A stretch of 64,000 nt of DNA from an uncultured Acidobacteriota bacterium (GCA_963756595.1 CAVWOZ010000032.1:32886-96885), one strand, 5' to 3'. Numbered from the stretch's first letter, positions 38,279-51,639 are shown. Numbers and translations: made by a program. Notes: generated by a model from the letters alone, not told the origin.

Positions 38279-38980
38279 GTGCTGTCGTATGAAGAGTTTC
38301 AGAAGCTGGTGCAGCCGCTGGTCGGGCTCCCGGTCTCTTTGCCGTGGCCGGGCCATGGCTCCGCGATCTTCCTCGAGCTGGGAGCGCTCGCTCCCTTAGA
38401 GTACCCAAGTCAGCGGTACAACAACGGCGAAGCCTGCATCACGGCCGAATGGAGTTGGCGGGTCGAGGCGGGATCCGCCGTCGCGTTCGGCAGCTCGAGC
38501 AGCGGGCCGAGGATCGACAAGGGGCTCCAGGCCCTCCGCGGCGCAACGGTCGAGGCGCTGACGGCGGTCGGGCGGATTCCCGAGCTGGTCGTCCAGTTTT
38601 CGAACGGGGCTCGCCTGCGCACCATGGTCATGCTCGCCGGCCATCCCCAATGGACGATCAAGCTCCAGGACGGCCGGTATGTCAGCGCCAAGCGGGGGCG
38701 CTTCCTCGTCGGCACCGGCGGGCCACAGACCTCCGCGGGAGAGAAGGCCGCCTTCGCGCGGGCGCATCGCGCCGAGGCCCGGTGGGGCACCCCCAGCGTC
38801 GAACCGAAGCGAGGGTCCTGCGTCGACTGCGCGTTCTACGTTCGGCTGGACAGCGATGGCCACCTGCTCGACTATGGCGCCTGCAGCGCCGAGGGCGGGC
38901 CGCTCGACGGGCGGGTCGTGCGCAGAAACAGCGGCTGCCCGGCCTTCGCATCGCACGCCTCTCTCGAGAAACCTGTCTGA
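38279..38980 (+). CDS. Hypothetical protein with C-terminal Cys-rich zinc-ribbon-like motif, immediately downstream of the STAND gene
   Basis: Open frame from the STAND stop. The plausible GTG start at 38279 is preceded by GAGGA. C-terminal GSCVDCAFYVRL...DYGACSAEGG...RNSGCP has four Cys. No recognisable family. Confidence 0.4.
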   Translation: MLSYEEFQKLVQPLVGLPVSLPWPGHGSAIFLELGALAPLEYPSQRYNNGEACITAEWSWRVEAGSAVAFGSSSSGPRIDKGLQALRGATVEALTAVGRIPELVVQFSNGARLRTMVMLAGHPQWTIKLQDGRYVSAKRGRFLVGTGGPQTSAGEKAAFARAHRAEARWGTPSVEPKRGSCVDCAFYVRLDSDGHLLDYGACSAEGGPLDGRVVRRNSGCPAFASHASLEKPV

Positions 38981-39005
38981 CCTCGATCCGCCGCTGGGAG
39001 GAAAC

Positions 39006-39878
39006 ATGATTCGTTGGATGCTGAGAACGCTGTGCACCATGATCGCTTTTTTCTGTCTGCTGCCATCGGCCGCCTTCGCCGACCCACCGGTCCTGAAGCT
39101 CTGGCCCGGCGTCGCTCCGGGCTCCGAGAAGTGGACCCAGCAGGAAAAGGCGGTCGAGAACACGCCGCTGGGGACCGTGATCTTCAACGTGGTCACGCCG
39201 ACGTTGACGCCCTACCTTCCGGAGCGCGCCAAGGCGACGGGGACCGGGGTGATCGTCGCTCCCGGCGGCGCTTTCGTGGCGCTGGCGATCGACCTCGAGG
39301 CGAACGAGGTGGCGCGCTGGCTCCAGGCGCGGGGGATCGCCGCCTTCGTGCTCAAGTATCGGATCGTGGAGAAGAAGGGGGACGGCATTCCGGCGGGGCT
39401 CAACATGGACGAGGCGGGGCAGTACGGGATCGCCGACGGGATTCAGGCGCTCAAGGTGGTGCGGCAGCATGCCGCGGAGTGGGGGCTGTCGCCCGACCGG
39501 ATCGGCTTCCTCGGCTTCTCGGCGGGGGCGATGGTCGCCAGCGGCACCCTGCTCCAGCCGGACCCCGCGGCGCGGCCGAGCTTCGCGGCGATGATCTACG
39601 GCGGTCCGTTCGGCGTCCTGCCGGCCATCCCGGCCAAGCTCCCTCCGATCTTTCTTGCCTGGGCGCAGGACGACCCGCAGGCGCGCGAGCCGGTCGCCAG
39701 GTTCTACGGCGCGCTCGTGGCAGCGGGACACAAGCCCGAGGCCCACATCTTCAGCGCCGGCGGCCATGGCTTCGGTCTGAAGAAGCAGGGGACCACCAGC
39801 GATCACTGGATCGACGAATTCTACGACTGGCTGGCGGCGCAGGGGTTGACCAAACCCGCGGGGACGCCCGCACACTGA
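39006..39878 (+). CDS. Secreted alpha/beta hydrolase (esterase/lipase-like)
   Basis: Signal peptide MIRWMLRTLCTMIAFFCLLPSAAFA. VIVAPGGAFVAL oxyanion region and GFSAGA nucleophile elbow. Confidence 0.8.
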   Translation: MIRWMLRTLCTMIAFFCLLPSAAFADPPVLKLWPGVAPGSEKWTQQEKAVENTPLGTVIFNVVTPTLTPYLPERAKATGTGVIVAPGGAFVALAIDLEANEVARWLQARGIAAFVLKYRIVEKKGDGIPAGLNMDEAGQYGIADGIQALKVVRQHAAEWGLSPDRIGFLGFSAGAMVASGTLLQPDPAARPSFAAMIYGGPFGVLPAIPAKLPPIFLAWAQDDPQAREPVARFYGALVAAGHKPEAHIFSAGGHGFGLKKQGTTSDHWIDEFYDWLAAQGLTKPAGTPAH

Positions 39879-39894
39879 CCGCCGGGGAGTATTT

Positions 39895-40716
39895 CTAAGC
39901 GACCGGAGCGCCGAGGGCGCGCGGCAACAGGCGGGGGTCTCCGAGCCGCTCCGTGCAGGCTGCAAAGGCGGGGGTGGGACCGTGCCAGCGGAGCTCGTCG
40001 ACGTCGCCGAAGAGGGGAGCGTCGGTGCGGAGCGTCGCCAGATCCTTGAAGCGCAGCGCCAGAGCGCGGTCCCGCAAGGCCTCGGGCGGGAAGCTCTCGA
40101 GGGGGCCGTAGCGGTTGAGGAGGCTCGCCGCCGTCTTGAGACCGATGCCGGGGATGCCGGGGTAGCCGTCCGCGGCGTCGCCGACGAGCGCCAGATAATC
40201 GGGGATCAGGACGGGATCGACCCCGAACTTCGCGCGGACCCCTTCCGCCGTGAAGATCTTGTTCCCCCGGCGGTCGACCTGCACGACGCGCTCCTCGCGG
40301 ACGCACTGCGCCAGGTCCTTGTCGGGGGTCCAGATGCAGACCTTCTGCACCCTTTCGTCCTCCGCGGCGAGGTGGGCGGCGGAGGCGAGCGCGTCGTCCG
40401 CCTCGAGCTCGACCATGGGCCAGACCGAAACGCCCAGGGCGGCGAGGGCCTCTTCCAGCGGGTGGAACTGCGCGAGGAGCGCGCGGTCGACCCCCTGCGC
40501 CGTCTTGTAGCCGGGCCAGAGACGATTGCGGAACGACTCGATGACGTGATCGGTCGCCACGCCGAGGTGCGTCGCCCCCTTCTCGATCATCTCCAGCACC
40601 GTGTGCAGCACGCCGGTCACCGCCCCGAACGGCGCCGGCTCGCCCTTCTCGAAGCGCCGCCGGCCGTAGTAATAGCGGAACAGCTCGTACGTGCCGTCGA
40701 GGAGATGAACCATCAT
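39895..40716 (-). CDS. 5'-3' exonuclease / flap endonuclease family (PIN-like + H3TH)
   Basis: MMVHLLDGTYELFRYYY...ELEADDALAS...VLIPDYLALVGDAADGYPGIPGIGLKTAASLL are the hallmarks of the Pol I 5'-exo/ExoIX family. Confidence 0.8.
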   Translation of the reverse strand: MMVHLLDGTYELFRYYYGRRRFEKGEPAPFGAVTGVLHTVLEMIEKGATHLGVATDHVIESFRNRLWPGYKTAQGVDRALLAQFHPLEEALAALGVSVWPMVELEADDALASAAHLAAEDERVQKVCIWTPDKDLAQCVREERVVQVDRRGNKIFTAEGVRAKFGVDPVLIPDYLALVGDAADGYPGIPGIGLKTAASLLNRYGPLESFPPEALRDRALALRFKDLATLRTDAPLFGDVDELRWHGPTPAFAACTERLGDPRLLPRALGAPVA

Positions 40717-41249
40717 GGCGTCACCGCGGTGGCGGAGGAAACTCGAACGGCGGATCTCCGAGGAGGTCGAACGTCGGCTCCAGGAGAGGCGCGAAGGCGG
40801 AGCCGAGACGGGGAGCCTGGCCGGCGGGACGGAGCCCGCGTCCCCCGAGCACCGCCGACCCGGCCGCGACAGCTGAGCAACTCACCTGTACCGGTGCCAA
40901 GCTCTGCGTTGGCCTGAGTCAGAGTGTCCCGGGAACCAGGGTCTTCGGTAAGACAGAAAGGCCGGCGGCGCGAGCGGCTTCATGGAGCCTTTCGTCGTAA
41001 GCAGCCAGCACCGAAGTGTCCTCTTCGTCGATCTCGGCGACAGTCTCTATCGTGACCATTGGCTTACCTCGATTCCTGCATTCACGAGGATACCACTTCC
41101 CCTCCCGATGAGGGGAAACCTCCCTCCGAAACGTTCCTCTCTTCACGTAGTATTTTCGGTCTTGAAGAAATTAGATTTCACCCTGCGCCTGAGGCAGAGC
41201 TGCCAATGCCGGCAGCGATCCCAAACCGAAGGAGAGGAGGAATCATTTA

Positions 41250-44188
<2,939 letters not shown>

Positions 44189-44527
44189 GCCGGGCGGCTT
44201 CCGGGGGACGGAGACGCTCTCGCGCCCCGGGAGTCGCGGGAATATGTCGCTGTCTTCTGGCCGGGGCCGATCCTTCTTGCACGGAGGGTCGGCCCCGGCC
44301 CGGACTGAGGGAGTTCCTGGCACTTCTCGTCCCGCGCCGCCGGCACTGGCCGAGAACCGATAAACCCTTAACTTTGCTCGGTCCCTTAGGGGTGTGGACA
44401 CAGGCCACGCCCCTTTTGCTCGTCTCCCAACTTCTCCCGGGTAAGGGAAAACTCAGTTCAGGTCCGTCTCTCAAGGCGGCGGCTCTCTCCTTCTGGACGG
44501 GCTTGCCGACTCCGGACGGGAGACTTC

Positions 44528-45979
44528 ATGACAACTCTTGAGACGCCTGACACCGCGAATTTCCGCCGGGTGAGGTTTGAGTGGGTACAACCGCCCCAGC
44601 GCACCCTCGAAGATGTGAGCGAGCACGCGAGCTTGATGGTCCGACCCGATGATCTTCGGGATCGCCCGGGCATCGTAAGTCAACTCTACAGGTATGGGTA
44701 CATCGGGAGTGTCGGGGCGGTGACGCCGAAGGACGAGTTGCTGGGCCTGTTGAGTTTGGCGGTCGAGGTCGAACACTCTCTGCTTGTCCAGTACCTTTAC
44801 GCCGCCGCGTCGATCCAGTCCGGTCCTGTCAAGAGCCTGGTCCGGGAAATCGCTATTCAGGAGATGGCCCACTTGATCACCGATGAGAACCTGCTCCTGG
44901 CCGTCGGGGGTCCGGGAGTGTTTCATATCGGACGGGACTCGGCCCGAGCGGCCAGCTCGTTCAACCCACTGCCTCTCAACCTGGAAGCCATTTCCCAGCT
45001 CACGCTGGGTGAGTACGTGCTGGCCGAACGACCGGCGACGATCCCGGCGGGCGAGACGGAAGTGCAGGCTAAAATCGAAAAGTTGGAACAGTTGGTGGCC
45101 GACAAAACGGGCCTCCACCCACACCGCGTCGGTGCGCTGTACGCGAAGATTTACTGGCTCCTGCAACCGACTGACGCACCCTTCGGGCCGTTCACCCTGA
45201 CTGCGGATTCTGCCATCGGGTTCGACGCTGGTTGGCACATCAAGCCTGGCGATTTCACCCCTCCCGACCAGACAGAGCTCCATCAGGCCGAACCCGACGA
45301 GTGGCACGCCAGCAGCGGCCCGGACATGCGGATTCATCCGGTCGCGGACGCCACCACGGCGGTCGCAGCGGTGAACAGCATCATGGAGCAAGGGGAGGGG
45401 CCGGCGCACGCCCAAGAGTCACACTTTTACAAATTCCTGGATGCTCTCAAGCAGTTTGAATCCGGGGAGGTGCCTGTCCTGCCGATGCCGATGAATCCGT
45501 TCGTTGGCCACCTGCCGCTCTGCGTGACTACGGGGATGGCACTGGTCCACACATACGTCCGGTTGTGGGCCAATCTGCTCAACGCTCGGTACTCCGCGCT
45601 GCTGCTGAACATCGGCCATGCCCTGTTGACGCCGCGGGACAATGAAGACCGACCCAGGTTGATCGAGTTTATCTTCAGCCGGCTGATGATGTCGGACCTG
45701 GGCGGTCTGATCAAGCAAATGATTTCGCCCAGCATGACACGACTCGATCCCAACAGCGCGCCGACCTTCGAGCTGCTGCGGGAAGACATGCCGCCGAGCC
45801 TCAAAGCATGTTGGACCCGCCAGTCTGAGCTCCTCGACATCGAGAAGCAGATTCGTGATGAGTTGCGCCTTCGACCGGAATTGGCGGACGACATTTCCGG
45901 ACAGACGCTGCTGGACACTCTCGAATCGAACTGGCAGGAGCTCCGTGCGCTCGTGGACCTTCGGCTCACCGACTCATAG
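44528..45979 (+). CDS. Ferritin-like (di-iron four-helix-bundle) domain protein
   Basis: LLSLAVEVEHSLLVQYLYAAASI ... IAIQEMAHL are paired E..H motifs of the ferritin-like superfamily. 483 aa. Confidence 0.55.
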   Translation: MTTLETPDTANFRRVRFEWVQPPQRTLEDVSEHASLMVRPDDLRDRPGIVSQLYRYGYIGSVGAVTPKDELLGLLSLAVEVEHSLLVQYLYAAASIQSGPVKSLVREIAIQEMAHLITDENLLLAVGGPGVFHIGRDSARAASSFNPLPLNLEAISQLTLGEYVLAERPATIPAGETEVQAKIEKLEQLVADKTGLHPHRVGALYAKIYWLLQPTDAPFGPFTLTADSAIGFDAGWHIKPGDFTPPDQTELHQAEPDEWHASSGPDMRIHPVADATTAVAAVNSIMEQGEGPAHAQESHFYKFLDALKQFESGEVPVLPMPMNPFVGHLPLCVTTGMALVHTYVRLWANLLNARYSALLLNIGHALLTPRDNEDRPRLIEFIFSRLMMSDLGGLIKQMISPSMTRLDPNSAPTFELLREDMPPSLKACWTRQSELLDIEKQIRDELRLRPELADDISGQTLLDTLESNWQELRALVDLRLTDS

Positions 45980-46023
45980 CGTCGCTCCCCCTGTTCCTCT
46001 AACTCTTCAAGGAGGCTATCGCC

Positions 46024-47517
46024 ATGGAGTATCGCATCTTCCCCCCCATCGGCATCGCCCGCATCGGCAACAGCCCGGACCTCTTCATCGGACCGGAGTC
46101 GATCGGCTCCCGAGGTCATGACCTCACCGCCGCTGGCGAGATCGAGGTTCGTGATTTCAAGGATGCCACCTTCCGGACCAGGAAACAGGCGGCCCGGTTC
46201 CATGTCTACCAGCGGGCCACCGCGTCCGACTCCTTTGTGCCAGCCGCACTGCCGGCCGGGGCGAGCATGCGGTGGACCGTCCGGGTGGCCAACAGGAAAG
46301 ACGGGATCCGGCGCCCCTCCAGCCCACCCGACGCGACCACGATCCCCGGATTGCGCCCCACTCCCGACGCCGCCCGTGCGAACCGGGTCATCGATTCTGG
46401 CAACGTCTCGATCACCGGGGCCGGGACAGCCGGCCAATTCCTCGACGGCACGCACGTCGGGGTTTCCGTCCTCCTGGGCGAGCTGCGAACCGACGCACAG
46501 GGGCGGCTCCTGGTTGTGGGAGCCGACGGAGTCTCGAAGTCGAACCCGGTATCACCGATCGGCGGCAGCTTCTACAACAACGTCAACTGGCACGATGACG
46601 TTTGCGATGGCACGGTGTCGGCCGAGGTCGTTCTGGCCGACGGGACGACCACCCCGGCGACCGGCGCGTGGGTGATCGTCGCCCCTCCGGACTTCACGCC
46701 CGGGTCCGAGTCGGTGAGCAGTCTGTACGACGAGATTCAGCAAGTCGCCATCAGCCAGGCATGGCTGCCCAACTCTACCGCGACCGCCTTCACCCGCGAC
46801 GTCTATCCGTTGCTTCGCCGCGCCCGTTCGCTCCGTTGGTCCCACGGCCGCAAGAACCTGGCCGGGACGGTCGTCAGCGAGAAGACGTGGAACGACATCA
46901 GCGAAGACTATCCGCGCTTGGCCAAGACGGACGCTGCAGAGGCCACGTTCCGCTCCCAGCAGATGGCCCTCATCCTTCGGGTTCAGACGTTGCTGTCCGA
47001 CTATCAGCTCACGGATGTCCAGAAGGGCCATCTGACGCGCTGGGCGGCCGGGACCTTCGCGTCAGACTGGACGGGCGTCCCGGCGGTGACGCCCCCCACG
47101 CCCGATTCGCTGACCGAAGCCGCCCTTCGCGGCACGGCCGGACAGGGGTTCTTTCCCGGGATCGAAGGCGGCCGCATCCTCACCGACCCGACGATCTATC
47201 AGACTCCGTTCGACTTCCGGATCGACTCCGCCGCGCTGGCTCCGGGCGACGTGACCGCGATGATGGCGCAGCCGTGGCAAGCGGACTTCCTCAAATGTAG
47301 CGGCAACTGGTGGCCGTCCCAACGGCCCGACATCGCCCCCCAGGCCGGCGGCGTTACATTCAAGCTGTGGGCGCGGCTCGGGGCGGCCGGGGCGACGCCG
47401 ACCCACCAGCAACTGGTCGACCATGTCATGCAGTTCGGGGTCGTGACCCCGCGGGTCGTCAGCGGAGTCGAAGTATGTTTGGAAGAGGGGCGCGACACGG
47501 CCGCGGTGGGGAGCTAG
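46024..47517 (+). CDS. LodA/GoxA-family quinoprotein amine oxidase homologue (short form)
   Basis: MEYRIFPPIGIARIGNS, VRDFKDATFR, MRWTVRVANRK, AWVIVAPPDFTPGSESVSSLYD and MAQPWQADFLKCSGNWWPSQRP all match conserved LodA blocks. The protein is 497 aa against ~700 aa for the characterised members. Confidence 0.7.
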   Translation: MEYRIFPPIGIARIGNSPDLFIGPESIGSRGHDLTAAGEIEVRDFKDATFRTRKQAARFHVYQRATASDSFVPAALPAGASMRWTVRVANRKDGIRRPSSPPDATTIPGLRPTPDAARANRVIDSGNVSITGAGTAGQFLDGTHVGVSVLLGELRTDAQGRLLVVGADGVSKSNPVSPIGGSFYNNVNWHDDVCDGTVSAEVVLADGTTTPATGAWVIVAPPDFTPGSESVSSLYDEIQQVAISQAWLPNSTATAFTRDVYPLLRRARSLRWSHGRKNLAGTVVSEKTWNDISEDYPRLAKTDAAEATFRSQQMALILRVQTLLSDYQLTDVQKGHLTRWAAGTFASDWTGVPAVTPPTPDSLTEAALRGTAGQGFFPGIEGGRILTDPTIYQTPFDFRIDSAALAPGDVTAMMAQPWQADFLKCSGNWWPSQRPDIAPQAGGVTFKLWARLGAAGATPTHQQLVDHVMQFGVVTPRVVSGVEVCLEEGRDTAAVGS

Positions 47518-47520
47518 CCG

Positions 47521-48639
47521 GTGGCTTCCGCGGTCGTCGTGGTCGGCGGCGGCCCGGCGGGGGCCGTCTGTGCCGCGCTGCTGGCCCGGCGGGGGCAAGA
47601 GGTGGTCCTCGTCACCGACAGCCGCCGCCGGCCCTCCTGGCCGGACGTACTGTCCCCGAACGCCGCGGCGTTTCTTGAACGCATCGGGTTTCCAACGGAC
47701 GATCTGGCGGCCACGGCCCGGCCCTGCCGGGGGATCGTGGACGGCTGGCACCCTGGACCAGCGGTGTACACCGACTTCCAGTTGTACCGCTGCCGCACCG
47801 GCTGGGTGGTGGAACGGGGCGCTTTTGATGAGCGGTTGGTGCGCTTCGCGGCCGGGTGCGGAGTGCGCGTGTGTGCGTCCTCGGCCCCTGGCTACCTCAC
47901 GGGATCGCCGGTCAACCTGGCCGAGGCCACCAGCATTCGATGGCCTGGAGCGACCAACGATCTCGCGGCGACGTTCGTCGTGGACGCGACCGGCATGGCG
48001 GGGCGGCTGCTGCCCGCCGGCGAGAACCAACGGCTTCGGTATGACCGCCTGATCGCCGTCCGGATGTCCCTGGCTGCCGTTCCTGACCCACCCGACTGGA
48101 TGCACCTGGCGGCCTCCTCTGGTGGATGGTGGTACATCGCCTCCCCATCCACGGGGCCCGCCCAGGCCGTATTCATGACCGATGGCGACCTGTTGCCCCG
48201 ATGCTCAGCCACGCGGCTCCGGCATTTGGCCACGGAATTTCGGGAGGCCTTCCCGAGCCTCTCGCACCGACTTGCCGATCCTATTTTCACAGGGCCGGTT
48301 GCGATCCGAGATGCACGGACGACGTGTCGGCGGCGGGTGTGGGCCGGTCGGTGGCTGCCGATCGGCGACGCCGTCCAGTCGATCGATCCGTTGACCGGAT
48401 CAGGCCTCGAACGCGCCTTTGTGTCGGCGGAATCGGGAGCGGAACGAGTCTCCGATTATTTGGTGTCAGGTTGCCTCCGCCGATTGCAGGAGGCCGCTCT
48501 GGATACGGCACAGGCCTTTCTGGCGATGCTTGACGAACTTCGGCGCTATTACGCGATGGCCGTCGAACGCAGACCACAGTTGAATGGGTTATTTTGGCAA
48601 CGACGGGTCGGTTTGTTGGCGTATCGTAACCCATTATGA
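47521..48639 (+). CDS. LodB-like FAD-dependent oxidoreductase (cofactor-maturation flavoprotein)
   Basis: VVVVGGGPAGAVCAALLARRGQEVVLV is a Rossmann FAD fingerprint. It starts 4 bp after the LodA-like stop, and the size (372 aa) is typical of LodB/GoxB. Confidence 0.7.
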   Translation: MASAVVVVGGGPAGAVCAALLARRGQEVVLVTDSRRRPSWPDVLSPNAAAFLERIGFPTDDLAATARPCRGIVDGWHPGPAVYTDFQLYRCRTGWVVERGAFDERLVRFAAGCGVRVCASSAPGYLTGSPVNLAEATSIRWPGATNDLAATFVVDATGMAGRLLPAGENQRLRYDRLIAVRMSLAAVPDPPDWMHLAASSGGWWYIASPSTGPAQAVFMTDGDLLPRCSATRLRHLATEFREAFPSLSHRLADPIFTGPVAIRDARTTCRRRVWAGRWLPIGDAVQSIDPLTGSGLERAFVSAESGAERVSDYLVSGCLRRLQEAALDTAQAFLAMLDELRRYYAMAVERRPQLNGLFWQRRVGLLAYRNPL

Positions 48640-48834
48640 TCTGGCTTTAGCTGTCGAGCGCGGCATGGACAATCATGGACCGATGCATTGGGGTGGCGAC
48701 CGTACCGGCGGCAACGCTGCGCCCATCTTCCCTCTCGATCCCTCTCAGTCCATCTTGCGGCAAAGCGCTCCCGGGGAACCGGGGAGGGGGGCCGGGGCGC
48801 CAGGAGCAGCAGACAGTCGGGTATGCTAACGCCA

Positions 48835-50132
48835 TGAATGAAGCCGAGGCGATACGGCGGGAGGACGGCTCCAGGCATCCCTGGCGCGTCATCCTTCTCC
48901 TCAGTCTCGTCACCGGCGTCGCCTATCTCGTGCGTACGGATGTCGCGGTGGCGCAGGAGCGCATGGTGCCGGCCCTGGGGCTGTCCATGATCGGCATGGG
49001 CGCCATCACCGCGTGGGGCTTCCAGCTCGCGTACGCCCTCTTTCAAGTGCCGGCCGGCATGTTCGGCGAACGCTTCGGCGCGCGCACGGCCCTGGCGCTG
49101 GCGCTCGCCGGCTGCAGCCTGGCTTCGTTTCTCACCGGCGCCATGCCTCGCGAGGGAGCCGTCGCCGTGCTCCTGTCCACCCGGGTGCTGCTCGGCATCG
49201 CGCAGGCCGCGGTCTTCCCGGTGGCCGCCATGGCGGTCATGATCTACGTCCCGGTGATGGAGCGCGTGCGCGCCACGGCCCTCTACGTGGCCACGGCGAG
49301 CCTCGGCGCGGCGGCGGCCCCGATCCTGATGGCACCGGTCCTGGAGAAGCTCGGCTGGCGCGCGGTCTTCGGGCTCAGCGGCGCCATCGCGGGGGTCACC
49401 GCGCTGGCCTGGGTGACGCTGATGCCGCCGCGGCCACCGCACGCCCCGCAGCCAGCGCCGCGGGATGCAGTCCGGGCCAGGCGCGGCGTAGGGTCCGAGC
49501 TGCGCGGCCTCGTGCTCAACATTCCTTTGCTGCGCCTCTCGATCGCCTACCTGCTGCACTCCGCCGTCTGGTTCGTGTTCGTGTTCTGGTTCTTCCGCTA
49601 CCTGACGGAGGGGCGCGGCTTCACCGTCCTCGCCAGCGGCTGGTGGGGCGGCCTGCCCGGCCTCGCCGCCTTCGTTCTCGTGCCGCTCCTCGGCGTGGCG
49701 ACCGATCGTCTCGGCCGGCGCCTCGGCGCCCCGCGGGCGCGGCGTCGGATGGCGATGGCGTGCCTCCTTTCCGCGGCGGGTTTCGTGGCGGCCGGGGCGG
49801 TGCTGCCGAGCGCGCTGCTGGCGATCCTCGCCCTCAGCCTGTCGACGGGATGCGTGAACGGGGCCGAGGGGCCGTTCTTCACCACCGCGACCGCCCTCGG
49901 AGCGGAGAACCCAGGCGCGGCGGCCGGCTTTCTCAACCTGATGGGGAACCTCGGCGGCGTCCTCTCCATCTGGCTCGTGCCGAGGATGTCGAGCGCGTGG
50001 GGGTGGAACGGGACGCTGGTGTTCTGGTCGGGAGTGTGCCTCGTCGCGGCCTTGCTCTGGCTGACCGTGGACGTCGATGCAAGTCAAGCGAGTGCGGACT
50101 CCCGGAACCTTTCGCCCGCCCCGTCGTTATGA
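48835..50132 (+). CDS. MFS transporter
   Basis: 12 predicted TM helices. Start MNEAEAIRRED at 48835. Typical MFS loop motifs. Confidence 0.8.
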
Positions 50133-50174
50133 GCAGGTGAACCGCTGACGACGCACCCGACAAGGAGCCTTCCC

Positions 50175-51593
50175 ATGCCCTCGCCTTCCCGGTCGTTCCG
50201 AACCCTCGCCGTCGCATCCCTCCTGATCGCCTGCCGGGTCCTCCCGGCGGCCGGGGTCGAGCCTCCGGCGACTCCCGCCGGCAAGGTCTTCGCGGCGTGG
50301 CTCGCGGCGTTCAACTCCGCGGATGCGGCCCGGCTCCGCGCCTTCGACGCGGCCTATTCGCGGGAGGGGCCGACGCCGCCGGTCGAGGACCGGTTGCAGT
50401 TCCGCGCCATGACCGGCGGCTTCACCCTGGTGCGCGTCGAGAAGAGCGAGCCGCTCTCCCTCGTCGTGCTGCTCCAGGAGAAGGACTCGGACACCCTGGC
50501 CCGCCAGGAGCTGACGGTGAGCGACGCCCAGCCGCCGAAGATCCTGGTCGCGAAGATCGAGGCCATCCCCCGCCCCGCGGACCTGGCGATTCCGCGGCTC
50601 AAGGAGCGCGAGGCGCTGGCGGCGCTGACCGCCCACGCCGACGAGCTCGCGAAGAAGGACGAGTTCTCCGGCGTGGTGCTGGTCGCGCGGCACGGCCAGG
50701 CCGTGCTGCAGAAGGCCTGGGGGCTCGCCAACCGGGAGACGAAGACTCCCAACACCCTCGACACCCGCTTCCGCATCGGCTCGATGAACAAGATGTTCAC
50801 GATGGTCTCGACGCTGCAGCTCGTCGAGGCGGGGAAGCTGTCGCTGGACGACACGATCGGCAAGATCCTCCCCGACTATCCGAACCAAGATGTCGCCACC
50901 AAGGTCACGGTGCGAAACCTCCTCACCCACACCGGAGGGACGGGGGACATCTTCGGTCCAGACTTCGACAAGAACCGGCTGACCCTGCGCGAGCACGCCG
51001 ACTACCTGAAGCTCTATGGGGCGCGCGGGCTGACCCACGAGCCGGGAACGGAGTTCCGCTACTCGAACTACGGTTTCGTCCTGCTCGGCGCCATCATCGA
51101 AAAAGTGAGCGGTCTGTCCTACTACGACTACGTGCGCAGCCACGTCTTCCAGCCGGCGGGCATGACCGCGACCGACTCCCTCCCCGAGAGCGAGGCGGTG
51201 CCGAACCGCTCCGCCGGGTACATGAAGGAGAACGGCAAGTGGGTGCCGAACACCGAGACGCTGCCCGTGCGCGGCACCTCCGCCGGCGGCGGCTACTCGA
51301 CGGCGGGGGACCTCCTGCGCTTCGCGCGGGCGCTGGAGTCGGGGAAGCTGATCTCCAAGGCCAGCCTGGCGATGGCGACCACGCCGTTCAAGGAGCGCTA
51401 CGGGTTCGGCCTCGGCATCCAGGGGGAGGGACCGCTGCGGAGCTTCGGCCACGGCGGCGGCGCTCCGGGGATGAACGGCGAGCTGCGGATCTTCCCCGAG
51501 CTCGGGGTCGTGGTCGTCTGCCTCAGCAATCTCGATCCGCCGGCGGCGACCCGGCTCGTCGACTTCTACGCCCTGCGGATGCCGGCCTCCTGA
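50175..51593 (+). CDS. Secreted serine hydrolase of the beta-lactamase/transpeptidase superfamily
   Basis: Signal peptide. SxxK active-site motif FRIGSMNKMFT. YSN-like YSNYGF. HGG near the C-terminus. Confidence 0.85.
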   Translation: MPSPSRSFRTLAVASLLIACRVLPAAGVEPPATPAGKVFAAWLAAFNSADAARLRAFDAAYSREGPTPPVEDRLQFRAMTGGFTLVRVEKSEPLSLVVLLQEKDSDTLARQELTVSDAQPPKILVAKIEAIPRPADLAIPRLKEREALAALTAHADELAKKDEFSGVVLVARHGQAVLQKAWGLANRETKTPNTLDTRFRIGSMNKMFTMVSTLQLVEAGKLSLDDTIGKILPDYPNQDVATKVTVRNLLTHTGGTGDIFGPDFDKNRLTLREHADYLKLYGARGLTHEPGTEFRYSNYGFVLLGAIIEKVSGLSYYDYVRSHVFQPAGMTATDSLPESEAVPNRSAGYMKENGKWVPNTETLPVRGTSAGGGYSTAGDLLRFARALESGKLISKASLAMATTPFKERYGFGLGIQGEGPLRSFGHGGGAPGMNGELRIFPELGVVVVCLSNLDPPAATRLVDFYALRMPAS

Positions 51594-51639
51594 GAGCGGC
51601 TCGAGGGTGCGGCGAGTGGTCTGCTAGGGTCAAGATGAG

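Noticed and set aside
38344-39898. Alternative-frame ORFs (38344-39009, 39014-39898, 38682-39965 minus)
   Set aside because: They overlap the supported hypothetical and alpha/beta-hydrolase genes out of frame and have an Arg/Pro/Gly-rich composition.
40919-41146. 75-aa minus-strand ORF (possible 46-aa MVTIETVAEIDEEDTSVLAAY... peptide)
   Set aside because: It is short, has no RBS or family signal and lies in the leader of the peroxidase-like gene. It is left uncalled.
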